Assembly: GCA_036570125.1 (NCBI GenBank)
Contig: DATCPK010000027.1
Span: 22,166-86,165, forward strand
Source: Candidatus Limnocylindria bacterium
GTDB taxonomy: Bacteria > Chloroflexota > Limnocylindria > P2-11E
Length of the DNA stretch: 64,000 nt
Direction of reading: 5' to 3'
Under the pieces are notes generated by a model. It did no database searches. It saw nothing but the letters and a program-made list of their open reading frames with translations, and was not told the origin of the DNA. The position numbers were made by a program, and so were the translations under genes. Every line of letters begins with the position of its first letter. The stretch's first letter is position 1. Below are positions 45,649 to 55,038 of this stretch, one piece after another.

Positions 45649-47217
45649 GGACTGGCTATACTAACCGCGCTGCGAGCCCTCCTCTCTGTCTCTGATCGCG
45701 CAGGTCTCGACGCGTTCGCGCGCGGATTGCAGGACCTCGGGTGGGAGCTCATCGCCACCGATGGAACTCGCGCCGCGCTCGCCGCCGAGGGCATAACGTC
45801 GCGCTCGGTCGAGGACGTGACCGGTCAAGCTTCGCTCCTCGGCGGCCGCGTGAAGACGCTCCATCCGAAGATCCACGCCGCGCTGCTCGCGCGCCGAGAC
45901 GATCCGACGCACCGCGAGGAGCTCAAGCGGGAGGGCATCGACCCGATCGACCTCGTCGCCGTGAATCTCTACCCGTTCGCCGAGCATGCGGGCGCCGGAA
46001 AGAGCGGCGCCATGCTTCTCGACCAGATCGACATCGGCGGCGCCACGATCCTCCGAGCCGCCGCGAAGAACTACGAGCAGGTCGTCGTCGTGGCGCGGCC
46101 GGAACGGTACGTCGCGGTGCTCGACGAGCTGAAGCAGCGGAACAACGTCTCGCTCGAGACCCGTCGCGTGCTCGCGTCGGAGGCCTTCAGCCACACGGCG
46201 GCGTACGACGCGGCGATCGCCTCCCGATTCGCGAGCGAGGCGGGGGTGCAGTTCCCGGACGAGCTCACGCTGTCACTTCGCAAGGTGCGCGACCTGCGCT
46301 ACGGCGAGAACCCGCACCAGCAGGCCGCGATGTACGCGGTGCGCGGCGAGGACGGCGCGATGACCACCATGCAACAGCTCCATGGAAAGGCGACGAGCTT
46401 CAACAACATGCTCGATATCAACGCCGCCTGGCGCGTCGCGATCGACTTCGCGCAGCCGACCGTCGCGATCATCAAGCATCAGAACCCGTGCGGCGTCGCC
46501 TCCGACAACGAGATCACGAAGGCATACCGGCGCGCGTTCATGTGCGACTCAGTGTCGGCGTTCGGCGGCATCGTCGGAGCGAACCGGATCGTAACGCGCG
46601 AGCTCGCCGAGGCCATGGAGGGCACGTTCTACGAGGCGATCATCGCTCCGGGTTACGAGGACGAGGCGCTCCCGATCCTCCGTCAGCGCAAGAACCTCGA
46701 GATTCTCGCCGTCCCGGGTCACGCGATCGTCGGTGGACGGCTCGCGCGCAAGGATGGCGGCGCGTTCGACTACAAGCGCATCGCCGGCGGGATGCTGGTT
46801 CAGACCCCCGACGAGTCCGCGGCCGACGAGGGCAACTTCAAGGTCGCGACGGAGCGGACGCCCTCGCTCGAGGAGCTCACCGACCTGCTGTTCGCGTGGC
46901 GGTGCGTGAAGCACGTGACCTCGAACGCGATCGTGCTCGCGAAGGGCCTCGCCACGGTCGGCGTTGGTCCGGGCCAGATGTCACGCGTCGTCGCGGTCGA
47001 GACCGCGGTCCGCAAAGCCGGCGAGAACGCGCGGCTCGCGGTCATGGCATCGGATGCGTACTTCCCGTTCCCCGACGGCATCGAGGTCGCGGCGCGCGCC
47101 GGCGTGACCGCGATCATCCAACCGGGCGGTTCGCTCCGCGACGCGATGATGATCGACACCGCGAACAAGAACCACATGGCGATGCTCTTCACGGGCCGCC
47201 GTCACTTCAAGCACTAG
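45628..47217 (+). CDS. purH: Bifunctional AICAR transformylase / IMP cyclohydrolase PurH
   Basis: RALLSVSDRAGLDAFARGL...GGRVKTLHPKIHAALLARRD...NLYPF..., and the C-terminal AICARFT domain. The start is GTG 45628 or TTG 45607. Confidence 0.93.
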   Translation: MLGIERHGLAILTALRALLSVSDRAGLDAFARGLQDLGWELIATDGTRAALAAEGITSRSVEDVTGQASLLGGRVKTLHPKIHAALLARRDDPTHREELKREGIDPIDLVAVNLYPFAEHAGAGKSGAMLLDQIDIGGATILRAAAKNYEQVVVVARPERYVAVLDELKQRNNVSLETRRVLASEAFSHTAAYDAAIASRFASEAGVQFPDELTLSLRKVRDLRYGENPHQQAAMYAVRGEDGAMTTMQQLHGKATSFNNMLDINAAWRVAIDFAQPTVAIIKHQNPCGVASDNEITKAYRRAFMCDSVSAFGGIVGANRIVTRELAEAMEGTFYEAIIAPGYEDEALPILRQRKNLEILAVPGHAIVGGRLARKDGGAFDYKRIAGGMLVQTPDESAADEGNFKVATERTPSLEELTDLLFAWRCVKHVTSNAIVLAKGLATVGVGPGQMSRVVAVETAVRKAGENARLAVMASDAYFPFPDGIEVAARAGVTAIIQPGGSLRDAMMIDTANKNHMAMLFTGRRHFKH

Positions 47218-47981
47218 TCGAGGGCGCGCTCGAGCACCGCCCGGTGGTCGTCGAGGTAGCCGACGTCGTTCACGAACATCTTGTGGGGTATGTCCCAGCC
47301 AACGAGTCGCATCATTCCAGGGTCGCCGAGCTTCGCCTGTTCGTCGATGAATCTCCCGACATAGATGAGGCGAGCGCGGAGCGCATCGATGAGACCGGTT
47401 CGGTCGCTTAATCCGTATGCATCACAGAAGATCCGGAGCCTTCGGGCGCGTTCGGCGATGTCCGGTACGGCGCTGGCGCCCGAGATCAGGGGCGCCCACG
47501 AATACGCTGCATTTCCGATGTCAAACAGACGCGGACCCGGCCCCGCGAGATCCCAATCGAGCGTGACAGCCATCTTGCCCTCGCGAAAGAGCGCATTCCA
47601 GGGCGACCAGTCGTTGTGACAGATGATCTCGTGCGGCTCGGGGCCCACGAGCCTCCACTTGGCGTCGGCCGGGGGCACGAAGTGCGCGACAGAGTCGTGA
47701 TAGCGCCGAAGGAGGCGAGCGGCTCCGATGAGGTGGGCCTCATCGAAGACTGAATCCGGCAGAGGGATGGGGTTGCCCGCGTGTGCCTCTCCCTCGATGT
47801 ACTCGAGCATCTCGCGCCCTTTGTCGTCCATCCCGCGCGCGCGTGGCGCGGGGAAACCCTCGACCTCGAGGAATCTGAGGAGCTCATGCACCGCGGGCGT
47901 CCATGGGCCGGCCCTGCGGCGGACCGTGTTGCCGACACGAACCGCATCGTTGAGATTCCCGCCGAGTGATTGTTCGCGCAC
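47214..47981 (-). CDS. Phosphotransferase-family (APH/choline-kinase-like) protein
   Basis: ...EIICHNDWSPWNALF...TLDWDLAGPGPRLFDIGNAAY (Brenner and DxD-type motifs of APH-fold kinases). Confidence 0.8.
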   Translation of the reverse strand: MREQSLGGNLNDAVRVGNTVRRRAGPWTPAVHELLRFLEVEGFPAPRARGMDDKGREMLEYIEGEAHAGNPIPLPDSVFDEAHLIGAARLLRRYHDSVAHFVPPADAKWRLVGPEPHEIICHNDWSPWNALFREGKMAVTLDWDLAGPGPRLFDIGNAAYSWAPLISGASAVPDIAERARRLRIFCDAYGLSDRTGLIDALRARLIYVGRFIDEQAKLGDPGMMRLVGWDIPHKMFVNDVGYLDDHRAVLERALD

Positions 47982-47993
47982 TGCGCGACGAAG

Positions 47994-48692
47994 CTACGCC
48001 AGCTCGATGTAGCGGAACGCCTCCGCGGCGTCGAGGTTCCACGTCGAGCCGGTGTTCTTCGCCCACCATCTCATGCGCTCGGCGAAGCCGCGGCGCCCGC
48101 CGAGCTGGCTCTTGTGGGCTCGGAGCGCCGCGATCTTCCCGTCGATCGATCCCGAGATGTCGAACCAGATGTTCGGGTCGCGCGTCCCGAAGAGAAGGAC
48201 GCGCGCGACTCGGTGGTGCTTCAGCCCGCTGGTCAGCTGCTCGGGATAGAAGAGGTGGTCGCGTGCCGCAATGACCCCGTCGAGCCCGCTCCATCCGGCG
48301 ACGCGATGGTCCGGATGCACCTGGTAGTGGCCCCAGGGGTCGTTGGTGAAGACAACGTCGGGCCGATGCTCGCGAATGACGCGGCATACCTCGCCGCGCA
48401 GATCCATGCTGACCTCCAGCTCGCCGTCCTGGTGACCGAGGAAAACGAACTCCTTCACGCCGATCGCTTCGCCGGCCGCGCGCTGCTCGCGCTGCCTCGT
48501 TTCGGCCATTTGCTCGGCCGTCGTTTTCAGGTCGTGCGTTCCTTTCTGCCCGCTCGTGATCACGCAGTACGTAACGTGCGTACCGGCCGTCCTGATCCAC
48601 GACGCGAGAGTCCCGGAGCAGCCGAAGTCCACGTCGTCCGGATGCGCGAAGACGGCCATCGCGCGCTTGGGGATCGCGAACGCGTCAGGCAC
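47994..48692 (-). CDS. PIG-L/LmbE-family N-acetylglucosaminyl deacetylase
   Basis: AMAVFAHPDDVDFGCSGTLA...HPDHRVAG...AFRYIEL. GTG 48692 overlaps the upstream TAG by 1 nt. The Arg-rich extension in the ORF track (to 49295) was discarded. Confidence 0.85.
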   Translation of the reverse strand: MPDAFAIPKRAMAVFAHPDDVDFGCSGTLASWIRTAGTHVTYCVITSGQKGTHDLKTTAEQMAETRQREQRAAGEAIGVKEFVFLGHQDGELEVSMDLRGEVCRVIREHRPDVVFTNDPWGHYQVHPDHRVAGWSGLDGVIAARDHLFYPEQLTSGLKHHRVARVLLFGTRDPNIWFDISGSIDGKIAALRAHKSQLGGRRGFAERMRWWAKNTGSTWNLDAAEAFRYIELA

Positions 48693-49954
48693 TAGACCTT
48701 CACCTTTCGCTCGTCGAGCACGCGATCGTAGAGATCGACGACTCGGTCGCCGACGCGGCGCCACGTGAATTGCTCGGCGCGTTCGCGCGCGCCGTGCGCC
48801 AGGTGCATGCGAAGGCGCGCGTCGATAAGGACTTGCGCCATCGCCTCGGCGAGCGCCTCGTCGTCGCCTGCCGGCACGAGGAGACCCGACTCGCCATTTT
48901 CGATGACCGTCTGGAGCCCGCCGACGCGCGTGCCGACGACCGGCGTGCCACAGGCCATCGCTTCGAGCGCGACCAGCCCGAACGATTCGGTGAGCGACGG
49001 CACGGCACAGAGATCCGCGGCCGCGTAGTAGAGGGCGAGGTCTTCCTGGCCGCGCGACCCGACGAACGAGACGTTCGACTCGAGGCGATGCTCGTGCACG
49101 AGGCGACGCAGCTCGAGGATCTTCTCCGTCTCGGGTGCGTCGTCGCCTGGATCGAGCGCGCCGCCGACCACGAGAAGGCAGACGTCGCTTCGCATGTCGG
49201 GGTGCCGCTGAAAGAGAAGGCCGAGCGCGCGGAGCAGCACGTCGATTCCTTTGATCTGCTCGATGCGTCCGACGAAGAGGATGATCCGCTCGCACTGGTC
49301 ACGGCCGAGCTTTTCGCGCGCATCGGCTTGCCGGACCGGATGGAAGACCGCGGGATCTACGCCGCACGGGATGACCGCGATTCGTGATACGTCCGCGCGG
49401 TACAGACGACGCAGCTCGTCGAGCTCGATCTCGCTCGCGGCGACGATCGCCGCCGATTTGCGGACGGCGTCCCGCTCGATCTCGATGCGGATGTCGCTCT
49501 CACCGTCGATGTCCTCGTCCATGACCTCGCGCTTCACGAGGCCGAGGGTGTGGAACATCTGGACGACCGGCACGTTCCATTCCTTCTCGAGCGTCCGCGC
49601 GACCTTCGCGGAAAGCCAGTAGTGCGCGTGCACGAGGTCGTATGACTTTCCTTCGTTCGCCGCGTGCTCCAGAAGCTTCGAAGTGAACTCATCGAGATGC
49701 TCGTAGACGTCCATCTTCGGCCAGTAGCCGATAGGCCCCGACTCGATGTGGATGACCCGCGCGTTCGGCCCGAGCTGCTGGATCCGCGGGTCGTCTTTCT
49801 CGCGCCAGCGTGTGAAAACGTCGACCTCGATGCCGCGCGCGCCAAGGTCCCGAGCCAGCTCGCGCACATACACGTTCATGCCGCCGGAGTCGCGACCGCC
49901 AAGCTTCGCGAGAGGGCAGGCGTGGACGGAGATCATTGCGATGCGCCGCGTCAT
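48692..49954 (-). CDS. GT4 glycosyltransferase, MshA-like (D-inositol-3-phosphate glycosyltransferase family signature)
   Basis: RIAMISVHACPLAKLGGRDSGGMNVYVRELARDLGARGIEVDVFTR...HAHYWLS...PSLTESFGLVALEAMACGTPVV. Confidence 0.8.
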   Translation of the reverse strand: MTRRIAMISVHACPLAKLGGRDSGGMNVYVRELARDLGARGIEVDVFTRWREKDDPRIQQLGPNARVIHIESGPIGYWPKMDVYEHLDEFTSKLLEHAANEGKSYDLVHAHYWLSAKVARTLEKEWNVPVVQMFHTLGLVKREVMDEDIDGESDIRIEIERDAVRKSAAIVAASEIELDELRRLYRADVSRIAVIPCGVDPAVFHPVRQADAREKLGRDQCERIILFVGRIEQIKGIDVLLRALGLLFQRHPDMRSDVCLLVVGGALDPGDDAPETEKILELRRLVHEHRLESNVSFVGSRGQEDLALYYAAADLCAVPSLTESFGLVALEAMACGTPVVGTRVGGLQTVIENGESGLLVPAGDDEALAEAMAQVLIDARLRMHLAHGARERAEQFTWRRVGDRVVDLYDRVLDERKVKV

Positions 49955-50018
49955 GTCATCCGAGCATAGGGGAGCATCGCTTTCCGGCTAACGGTCCTTC
50001 GACTCATAGAATTCCGCG

Positions 50019-51158
50019 GTGCATCGAGACCCCGCACCGCGGGTGATCGTCGCCCCCCAATCGTTCAAAGGCTCCGCCGATGCGGTCGCGGTCGCTTCGG
50101 CAATCGCCCGCGGCGTTCGTCGCGCGTGGCCGACCGCACGGGTCGACGAGATGCCTCTGGCCGACGGCGGCGAGGGGACCGTCCGCGCCCTCGTGACCGC
50201 AACGAACGGCGGTCTGCGCCGATCGCGCGTCCACGATCCGCTCGGTCGCGAGATCGACGCGGAGTGGGGCGTGCTCGGCGACGGCACCACCGCGGTGGTG
50301 GAGATGGCCGCGGCGAGCGGCCTTCCGCTCCTCCAGCCGCAGGAGCGCGACGCGCGCGTCACCAGCACGCGGGGGACGGGGGAGCTGATCCTCGCGGCGG
50401 CCGCGAGCGGCGCGCACCGCATCGTGATCGGCATCGGAGGTAGCGCGACGAACGACGGTGGCGCGGGAATGGCGCGCGCGTTCGGCTATCGCTTTCTCGA
50501 CCGCGACGGCAACGACCTTCCCGAGGGCGGTGCGGCGCTTGCGCGACTCGGCCGGATCGACGGCCAGACCGACCCGCGCATGGTGCGTCCCTCGATCGAG
50601 GTCGCGTGCGACGTTCGCAATCCGCTCCTCGGTCCCGAGGGCGCGTCCGCCGTCTACGGCCCGCAGAAGGGCGCGACGCCCGAGATCGTCCGCGAGCTCG
50701 ATGCGGCGCTCGCGCGATACGCAGATGTCGTCGAGGCGTTCGTGGGACGGCCGATCCGCGACGTGCCCGGCGCGGGAGCCGCGGGCGGCCTCGGCGCGGG
50801 ACTGCTCGCGTTCCTCGACGCGCGCCTTGTCTCAGGCGCTGAGCTGGTGCTCGGCGCGGTCGGATTCGCCGAACGCATCGCGGGCGCCGATCTCGTCGTC
50901 ACCGGCGAAGGACGCATCGATCGACAGAGCGGCTATGGAAAGCTCACCGGTGCCGTGACCGCGGCGGCGCGACGCGCCGGCGTCCCGGTGATCGCGGTCG
51001 CAGGCGGCCTCGGCGAGGGTCACGAGACGCTCGGGCTCGACGCGATCGGGGTCGCGAGTGAAGGCGTCCCCCTCGCGCAAGCGATGCGTGAACCCCTGCC
51101 GCTCATCGAACAAGCAGCGGAGCGCGCCGTTCGAGCGCGGCCTCCGGTTACGCACTAG
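50019..51158 (+). CDS. Glycerate kinase
   Basis: APQSFKGSADAVAVASAIARGV...PLADGGEGTV...GIGGSATNDGGAGMARAFG...VTGEGRIDRQSGYGK. Confidence 0.9.
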   Translation: MHRDPAPRVIVAPQSFKGSADAVAVASAIARGVRRAWPTARVDEMPLADGGEGTVRALVTATNGGLRRSRVHDPLGREIDAEWGVLGDGTTAVVEMAAASGLPLLQPQERDARVTSTRGTGELILAAAASGAHRIVIGIGGSATNDGGAGMARAFGYRFLDRDGNDLPEGGAALARLGRIDGQTDPRMVRPSIEVACDVRNPLLGPEGASAVYGPQKGATPEIVRELDAALARYADVVEAFVGRPIRDVPGAGAAGGLGAGLLAFLDARLVSGAELVLGAVGFAERIAGADLVVTGEGRIDRQSGYGKLTGAVTAAARRAGVPVIAVAGGLGEGHETLGLDAIGVASEGVPLAQAMREPLPLIEQAAERAVRARPPVTH

Positions 51159-51171
51159 CGTTACGGCGCCG

Positions 51172-52182
51172 ATGCAGCTAAAGGGGACACTCCCGCTCGA
51201 CCGCATTCCAGCGGATCGGACGCCGAGCCTCGAGCTCGTTCGCATCACCGAGGCCGCCGCGATCGCAGCGGCGCACTGGATGGGCCACGGGAACAACAAC
51301 GAGGCCGACCAGGCGGCGGTGGAAGCGATGCGCAAGACCATGGAAGACGCGCGCTTCAATGGAATGATCGTCATCGGTGAAGGCGAGCGCGACGAAGCGC
51401 CGATGCTCTTCATCGGCGAGCGCGTCGGCCGCGGCGACGGTCCAGAGGTTCACATCGCGGTCGATCCTCTCGAGGGGACGAACCCTGTGGCGAAGGGCCG
51501 CCCGAACGCCTGCGCGGTCATGGCCGTCTCGGAGCCTGGCGGTCTCCTGCACGCGCCAGACACGTACATGGAGAAGCTCGTCGTGGGTGCCCCCGCGGCC
51601 GGCAAGGTCGACCTTGACCGACCCGTCGCCGAAAATTTGCGGATCATCGCGCAGTCGCTCAACCGCGACGTGAGCGACCTCACCATCGTCATCCTCGACC
51701 GTGCTCGACACGAAAAGCTCATCAACGACGTGCGTGCCGCCGGCGCTCGGATCAAGCTCATCGAGGATGGCGATCTCATGGCCTCGCTTTCCGTCCCCAT
51801 CGCCGGAACCGACGTGCACGCGGTCATGGGTACAGGTGGCGCGCCGGAAGGCGTGCTCGCCGCCGCGGCGCTCCGCTGTCTGGGCGCGGAAATACTCGGG
51901 CGGCTGCGCTTCAGGAGCGAAGAGGAGCGGGCCCGTGCGAAGAAGATGGGGATCGCCGACGAGAGTCGGATCTATCGCACGGACGATCTCGCGAGCGGCA
52001 ACGACATTCGGTTCGTCGCCACCGGAGTGACGGACGGCGATCTTCTGAAAGGCGTGCACTTCTTCGCCCGCGGTGCGCGAACGCACTCGATCTTGCTCGA
52101 CCGGCTCATGGGAAAGCTTCGGTTCATCGACACGACGCACTTCGAGGACATCGACCACCCGCCGCTGATCCGCCTGGAATGA
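51172..52182 (+). CDS. glpX: Class II fructose-1,6-bisphosphatase GlpX
   Basis: LELVRITEAAAIAAAHWMGHGNNNEADQAAVEAMR...VIGEGERDEAPML...AVDPLEGTN...MGTGGAPEGVLAAAALRCLG. Confidence 0.92.
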   Translation: MQLKGTLPLDRIPADRTPSLELVRITEAAAIAAAHWMGHGNNNEADQAAVEAMRKTMEDARFNGMIVIGEGERDEAPMLFIGERVGRGDGPEVHIAVDPLEGTNPVAKGRPNACAVMAVSEPGGLLHAPDTYMEKLVVGAPAAGKVDLDRPVAENLRIIAQSLNRDVSDLTIVILDRARHEKLINDVRAAGARIKLIEDGDLMASLSVPIAGTDVHAVMGTGGAPEGVLAAAALRCLGAEILGRLRFRSEEERARAKKMGIADESRIYRTDDLASGNDIRFVATGVTDGDLLKGVHFFARGARTHSILLDRLMGKLRFIDTTHFEDIDHPPLIRLE

Positions 52183-52186
52183 ACGG

Positions 52187-52567
52187 CTAATACGTCTCGG
52201 CGGACCTCGGCAGTGACGCGGCTCCGTTGCGGACCGCGCGCACCAGGACTTCATAGTTCGCGTCCTTCAGGACGCAGCCGGCGCCCATATTGCGGGCGAC
52301 CTCGCAAACATCGGCGTCGAGCGTGTACATGACGACGCGCGTGTCGGGGAGCTCGCCTGAGATCCACTCGAGGACCTGGATCCCGCGGCCGCCGGGCATC
52401 TCGTCGTCGAGGATCACGACGTCCGGCAGCAACTCCTGGCAGGCGCGCATCGCCTCTTGCGCATCGCGCGCCACGCCGACGCAGTCCATGTCGCGTTCGG
52501 CGTTGATGAGGTAGCGAAGGTTCTCGCGAACCGACGGATGATCGTCGACCACGAGGACGCGGATCAT
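52187..52567 (-). CDS. Stand-alone CheY-like receiver domain protein
   Basis: MIRVLVVDDHPSVREN...PDVVILDDEMPGGRG...VVMYTLD...GCVLKD. This is only the C-terminal 126 codons of ORF track entry 52187..53602. Confidence 0.85.
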   Translation of the reverse strand: MIRVLVVDDHPSVRENLRYLINAERDMDCVGVARDAQEAMRACQELLPDVVILDDEMPGGRGIQVLEWISGELPDTRVVMYTLDADVCEVARNMGAGCVLKDANYEVLVRAVRNGAASLPRSAETY

Positions 52568-52628
52568 TCCCCCAAGCACGTCGGTCATTTTAGGCGGAGC
52601 GGAGCTCAGCCTGGCTGTCGATTTCGGA

Positions 52629-52657
52629 TTGACAGGGACGGGTGCGCCGCCTAGCGT
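52629..52657 (+). promoter_or_regulatory. Sigma-70-type promoter (TTGACA-N17-TAGCGT) directly abutting the start codon of the second HTH-TPR regulator; probable leaderless mRNA
   Basis: TTGACA at 52629-52634, a 17-nt spacer, TAGCGT at 52652-52657, then GTG at 52664 (7 nt after the -10 box). Confidence 0.45.
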
Positions 52658-52663
52658 CTTCGC

Positions 52664-54022
52664 GTGCCCGCGCTTCGTACCCGACGGCGTCGTCCCGCCC
52701 CTCTCTCCCCGGCCCTGAAGAAGCTTGGCGAGCGATTGCGCGAAGCTCGGATCGCGTCGGGCATGTCGCAGGCGCAGCTCGGCGCACCCTATTTCACGCG
52801 CGCACACGTGAGCGCGATCGAGCTCGGCAAGATCCGCCCGGCGATGCGCTCGCTCGAGCACATGGCCAAGAAGCTCGACAAGCCGGCCTCCTATTTCCTC
52901 GACGACGCGGACGTTGAGCGCGCGCGCGGAGAGCGCGAGCTCGAGATCAGTTCGATCGCCGCGCTCCTGACCCACACGTCGGCTCCCGAGGCGGTACGGC
53001 GCGCGGAAAAGCTGCTCGACGCCGGTGATCTCTCCGTTCGCGAGTCGTGCCGCGTTCGCCTGTACGCGGGCTCCGCGCTCAACCTCGTGCATCGTGGCCG
53101 CGACGCGATCAAGACGCTCGCCGTCGCGCAACGTCTCGCGGACGAGCTCTCTGACGAGGCGCTGAAGCGCGCCGCCGACTACCAGCTCGCGGTGGCGACG
53201 CGGATCGCGGGTAATCCTCGGGGTGCACGCGAGATGCTCGAGACGCTCCTTCGGCGGATCGAGAACGCCCGGCCACCCGATCAGCTGCTGCGACTGCGAG
53301 CGCTGATCACGCTGGGCGGGTGCGCGCAGGATCTGGGCGAGCCGCAGGCCGCGACGACCTATTACCAGCAGGCTCTGGAGTGGTCGAGTGACATCGGCGA
53401 CCTCGCGCGGATCGCCTTCATCCACCAGGGACTCGGGAACGCCCATCGCGCGCTCGGCGATCATGACGCGGCGGCCGGCTACTACCAGAAGGCCCTCGCG
53501 GCGGCCGAGCTCGGTAAGGATCTGGTCGGCGTGCTCATCATGCGCAACGCGCTCGCGGTCATCGCCGCGGACGCCGGCCGCATCGAAGCGGCCTACGAGC
53601 ACGTTGCGCGCGCGATCGAGATCGCGCGCGTCTCAGGCCCGGCGGCGTACCTCGCGCATTGCTACGCGACCAGGGCCGAGGTCGCGCTCAAGGCGAAGGA
53701 CACGACGCTCGCGCGTTCCAGCGCGGAGGCCGCGATCGCCGCCGTCGTCGAGCGCGGCGCCGATGCCGATCGCGCCGTCGCAGGCGCGACGCTCGTTCTC
53801 GCCGAGCTCGATCTCGGCGATGGCGACACGGCGCGCGCGGAACGTCGGATGCGCGAAGTCGTGGCGACGTACAAGGCGCTCGACGCGAAAGCCGAGCTCG
53901 GCGATGTGCTCATGCGCCTGTCGCGTGCCGCCAAGAAGCGCGGTGATCTGAACTCGGCCGAGCGATATGCCTCGCAGGCGTACGCGGCGACCAAGCCGAA
54001 CAGCGCCAACGTAGAGGTCTGA
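52664..54022 (+). CDS. XRE-family HTH regulator with TPR-like domain, paralogue of 41878..43194
   Basis: LGERLREARIASGMSQAQLGAPYFTRAHVSAIELGKIRPAMRSLEHMAKKLDKPASYF, then TPR-like repeats (YYQQALEWS, YYQKALAAAE). Confidence 0.8.
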   Translation: MPALRTRRRRPAPLSPALKKLGERLREARIASGMSQAQLGAPYFTRAHVSAIELGKIRPAMRSLEHMAKKLDKPASYFLDDADVERARGERELEISSIAALLTHTSAPEAVRRAEKLLDAGDLSVRESCRVRLYAGSALNLVHRGRDAIKTLAVAQRLADELSDEALKRAADYQLAVATRIAGNPRGAREMLETLLRRIENARPPDQLLRLRALITLGGCAQDLGEPQAATTYYQQALEWSSDIGDLARIAFIHQGLGNAHRALGDHDAAAGYYQKALAAAELGKDLVGVLIMRNALAVIAADAGRIEAAYEHVARAIEIARVSGPAAYLAHCYATRAEVALKAKDTTLARSSAEAAIAAVVERGADADRAVAGATLVLAELDLGDGDTARAERRMREVVATYKALDAKAELGDVLMRLSRAAKKRGDLNSAERYASQAYAATKPNSANVEV

Positions 54023-54032
54023 GCCCGGCGCC

Positions 54033-54174
54033 GCAGACCGCGGGTCCTGTCCCGGGGTCGGGGTTCCGCGCTCGGCTACCGGTCCGCTGCGCTCGCGTCA
54101 CAGCGCGTTCCGAGTGACGCGGCCGGATGGACGCCTCGCGCGAAACCCGCTCCCCCGTGCCACCCGCGGTCTGC
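54033..54174. repeat. Copy B of the ~140-nt structured dispersed repeat
   Basis: Perfect 13-nt terminal inverted repeat GCAGACCGCGGGT / ACCCGCGGTCTGC (54033-54045 / 54162-54174). Internal 8-bp hairpin 54094-54101 / 54114-54121. Flanked by CCGGCGCC / CCGGTGCC. Confidence 0.7.
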
Positions 54175-54183
54175 CCGGTGCCG

Positions 54184-55029
54184 TCAGTCCTGGTGTTGGC
54201 GCTCAGCGGCTCTAAGCACGTTTCGCAAGAGCAGTTCGGTAGTCACGGCGCCCAGTCCGCCGGGCACAGGACTCAGGGCGGCAGCGACCGAGGACACGCT
54301 CTCGACGTCGACATCGCCGACGATCCCGTGCGGGATCACGTTGATTCCCGCGTCGATCACCGTCGCTCCGGGAGCGAGCATGTCGCCTTTCACGAATCCG
54401 GGACGGCCAACAGCGGCCACGACGATGCTTGCGTCCCGTGTGATCGCGCCGATATCGGGCGTCTGGCTATGCGCGATCGTCACGGTCGCGTCTTCTCTCA
54501 AGAGGAGGTATGCGGCTGGTCGGCCGACCACCGTGCTTCGGCCGATGACGGTCGCGCGCGCGCCGCGCAACGGCACACCGTGGAACTTCAACAGCTCGAC
54601 GACGGCTTCCGCGGTCGAGGGGACGAAGCGCGGTCGGCCATCGGCGAGCAGCCCGACGTTGAATGGGTTCATGCCCTCGACGTCCTTGTCCGGAACGATG
54701 TGGTCGACGATGTGACCTTCGTCGAGCGCTCCGGGCAGGGGAGTAAGTAGGAGGATCCCGTGGATCCGTGCGTCGGCACTCAGTCGCTCGAGCGTGGCGA
54801 TGAGCTGCCTCTCAGACGCGTCACCGGGTAAGGCGACATCCTCCACCGCGACGTCGAGCGTCTTGCCGCGCGTCGCGAGGCGCTGCAAATAGGTGTTCGC
54901 GGCCGGATCGATCCCGACCGAGACCGCGGCAAGTCGCGGCGCGATGCCCGCCGCGTGCAGCGCGGCGCTCCGCTCGCGCGACCGCCCGTTCAGCTTCTCG
55001 GCGAGTGGCTTGCCATGAAGGAGCCGCAC
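54184..55029 (-). CDS. folD: Bifunctional methylene-THF dehydrogenase / methenyl-THF cyclohydrolase FolD
   Basis: ...PRLAAVSVGIDPAANTYL...HGILLLTPLP...VIGRSTVVGRPAAYLLL...GGLGAVTTELLLRNVL. Confidence 0.93.
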   Translation of the reverse strand: MRLLHGKPLAEKLNGRSRERSAALHAAGIAPRLAAVSVGIDPAANTYLQRLATRGKTLDVAVEDVALPGDASERQLIATLERLSADARIHGILLLTPLPGALDEGHIVDHIVPDKDVEGMNPFNVGLLADGRPRFVPSTAEAVVELLKFHGVPLRGARATVIGRSTVVGRPAAYLLLREDATVTIAHSQTPDIGAITRDASIVVAAVGRPGFVKGDMLAPGATVIDAGINVIPHGIVGDVDVESVSSVAAALSPVPGGLGAVTTELLLRNVLRAAERQHQD

Positions 55030-55038
55030 GGCGCCGTT

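Noticed and set aside
52568-53602. The N-terminal 345 codons of ORF 52187..53602 on the minus strand.
   Set aside because: Only the last 126 codons form a receiver domain. The remainder is antisense to the well-supported HTH-TPR gene and has shadow-ORF composition.
54046-54066. G-runs (GGG..GGGG..GGGG) in the repeat element considered as a G-quadruplex.
   Set aside because: There are only three clear G-tracts close together. The covarying stems explain the conservation better, so I cannot support a quadruplex from sequence alone.
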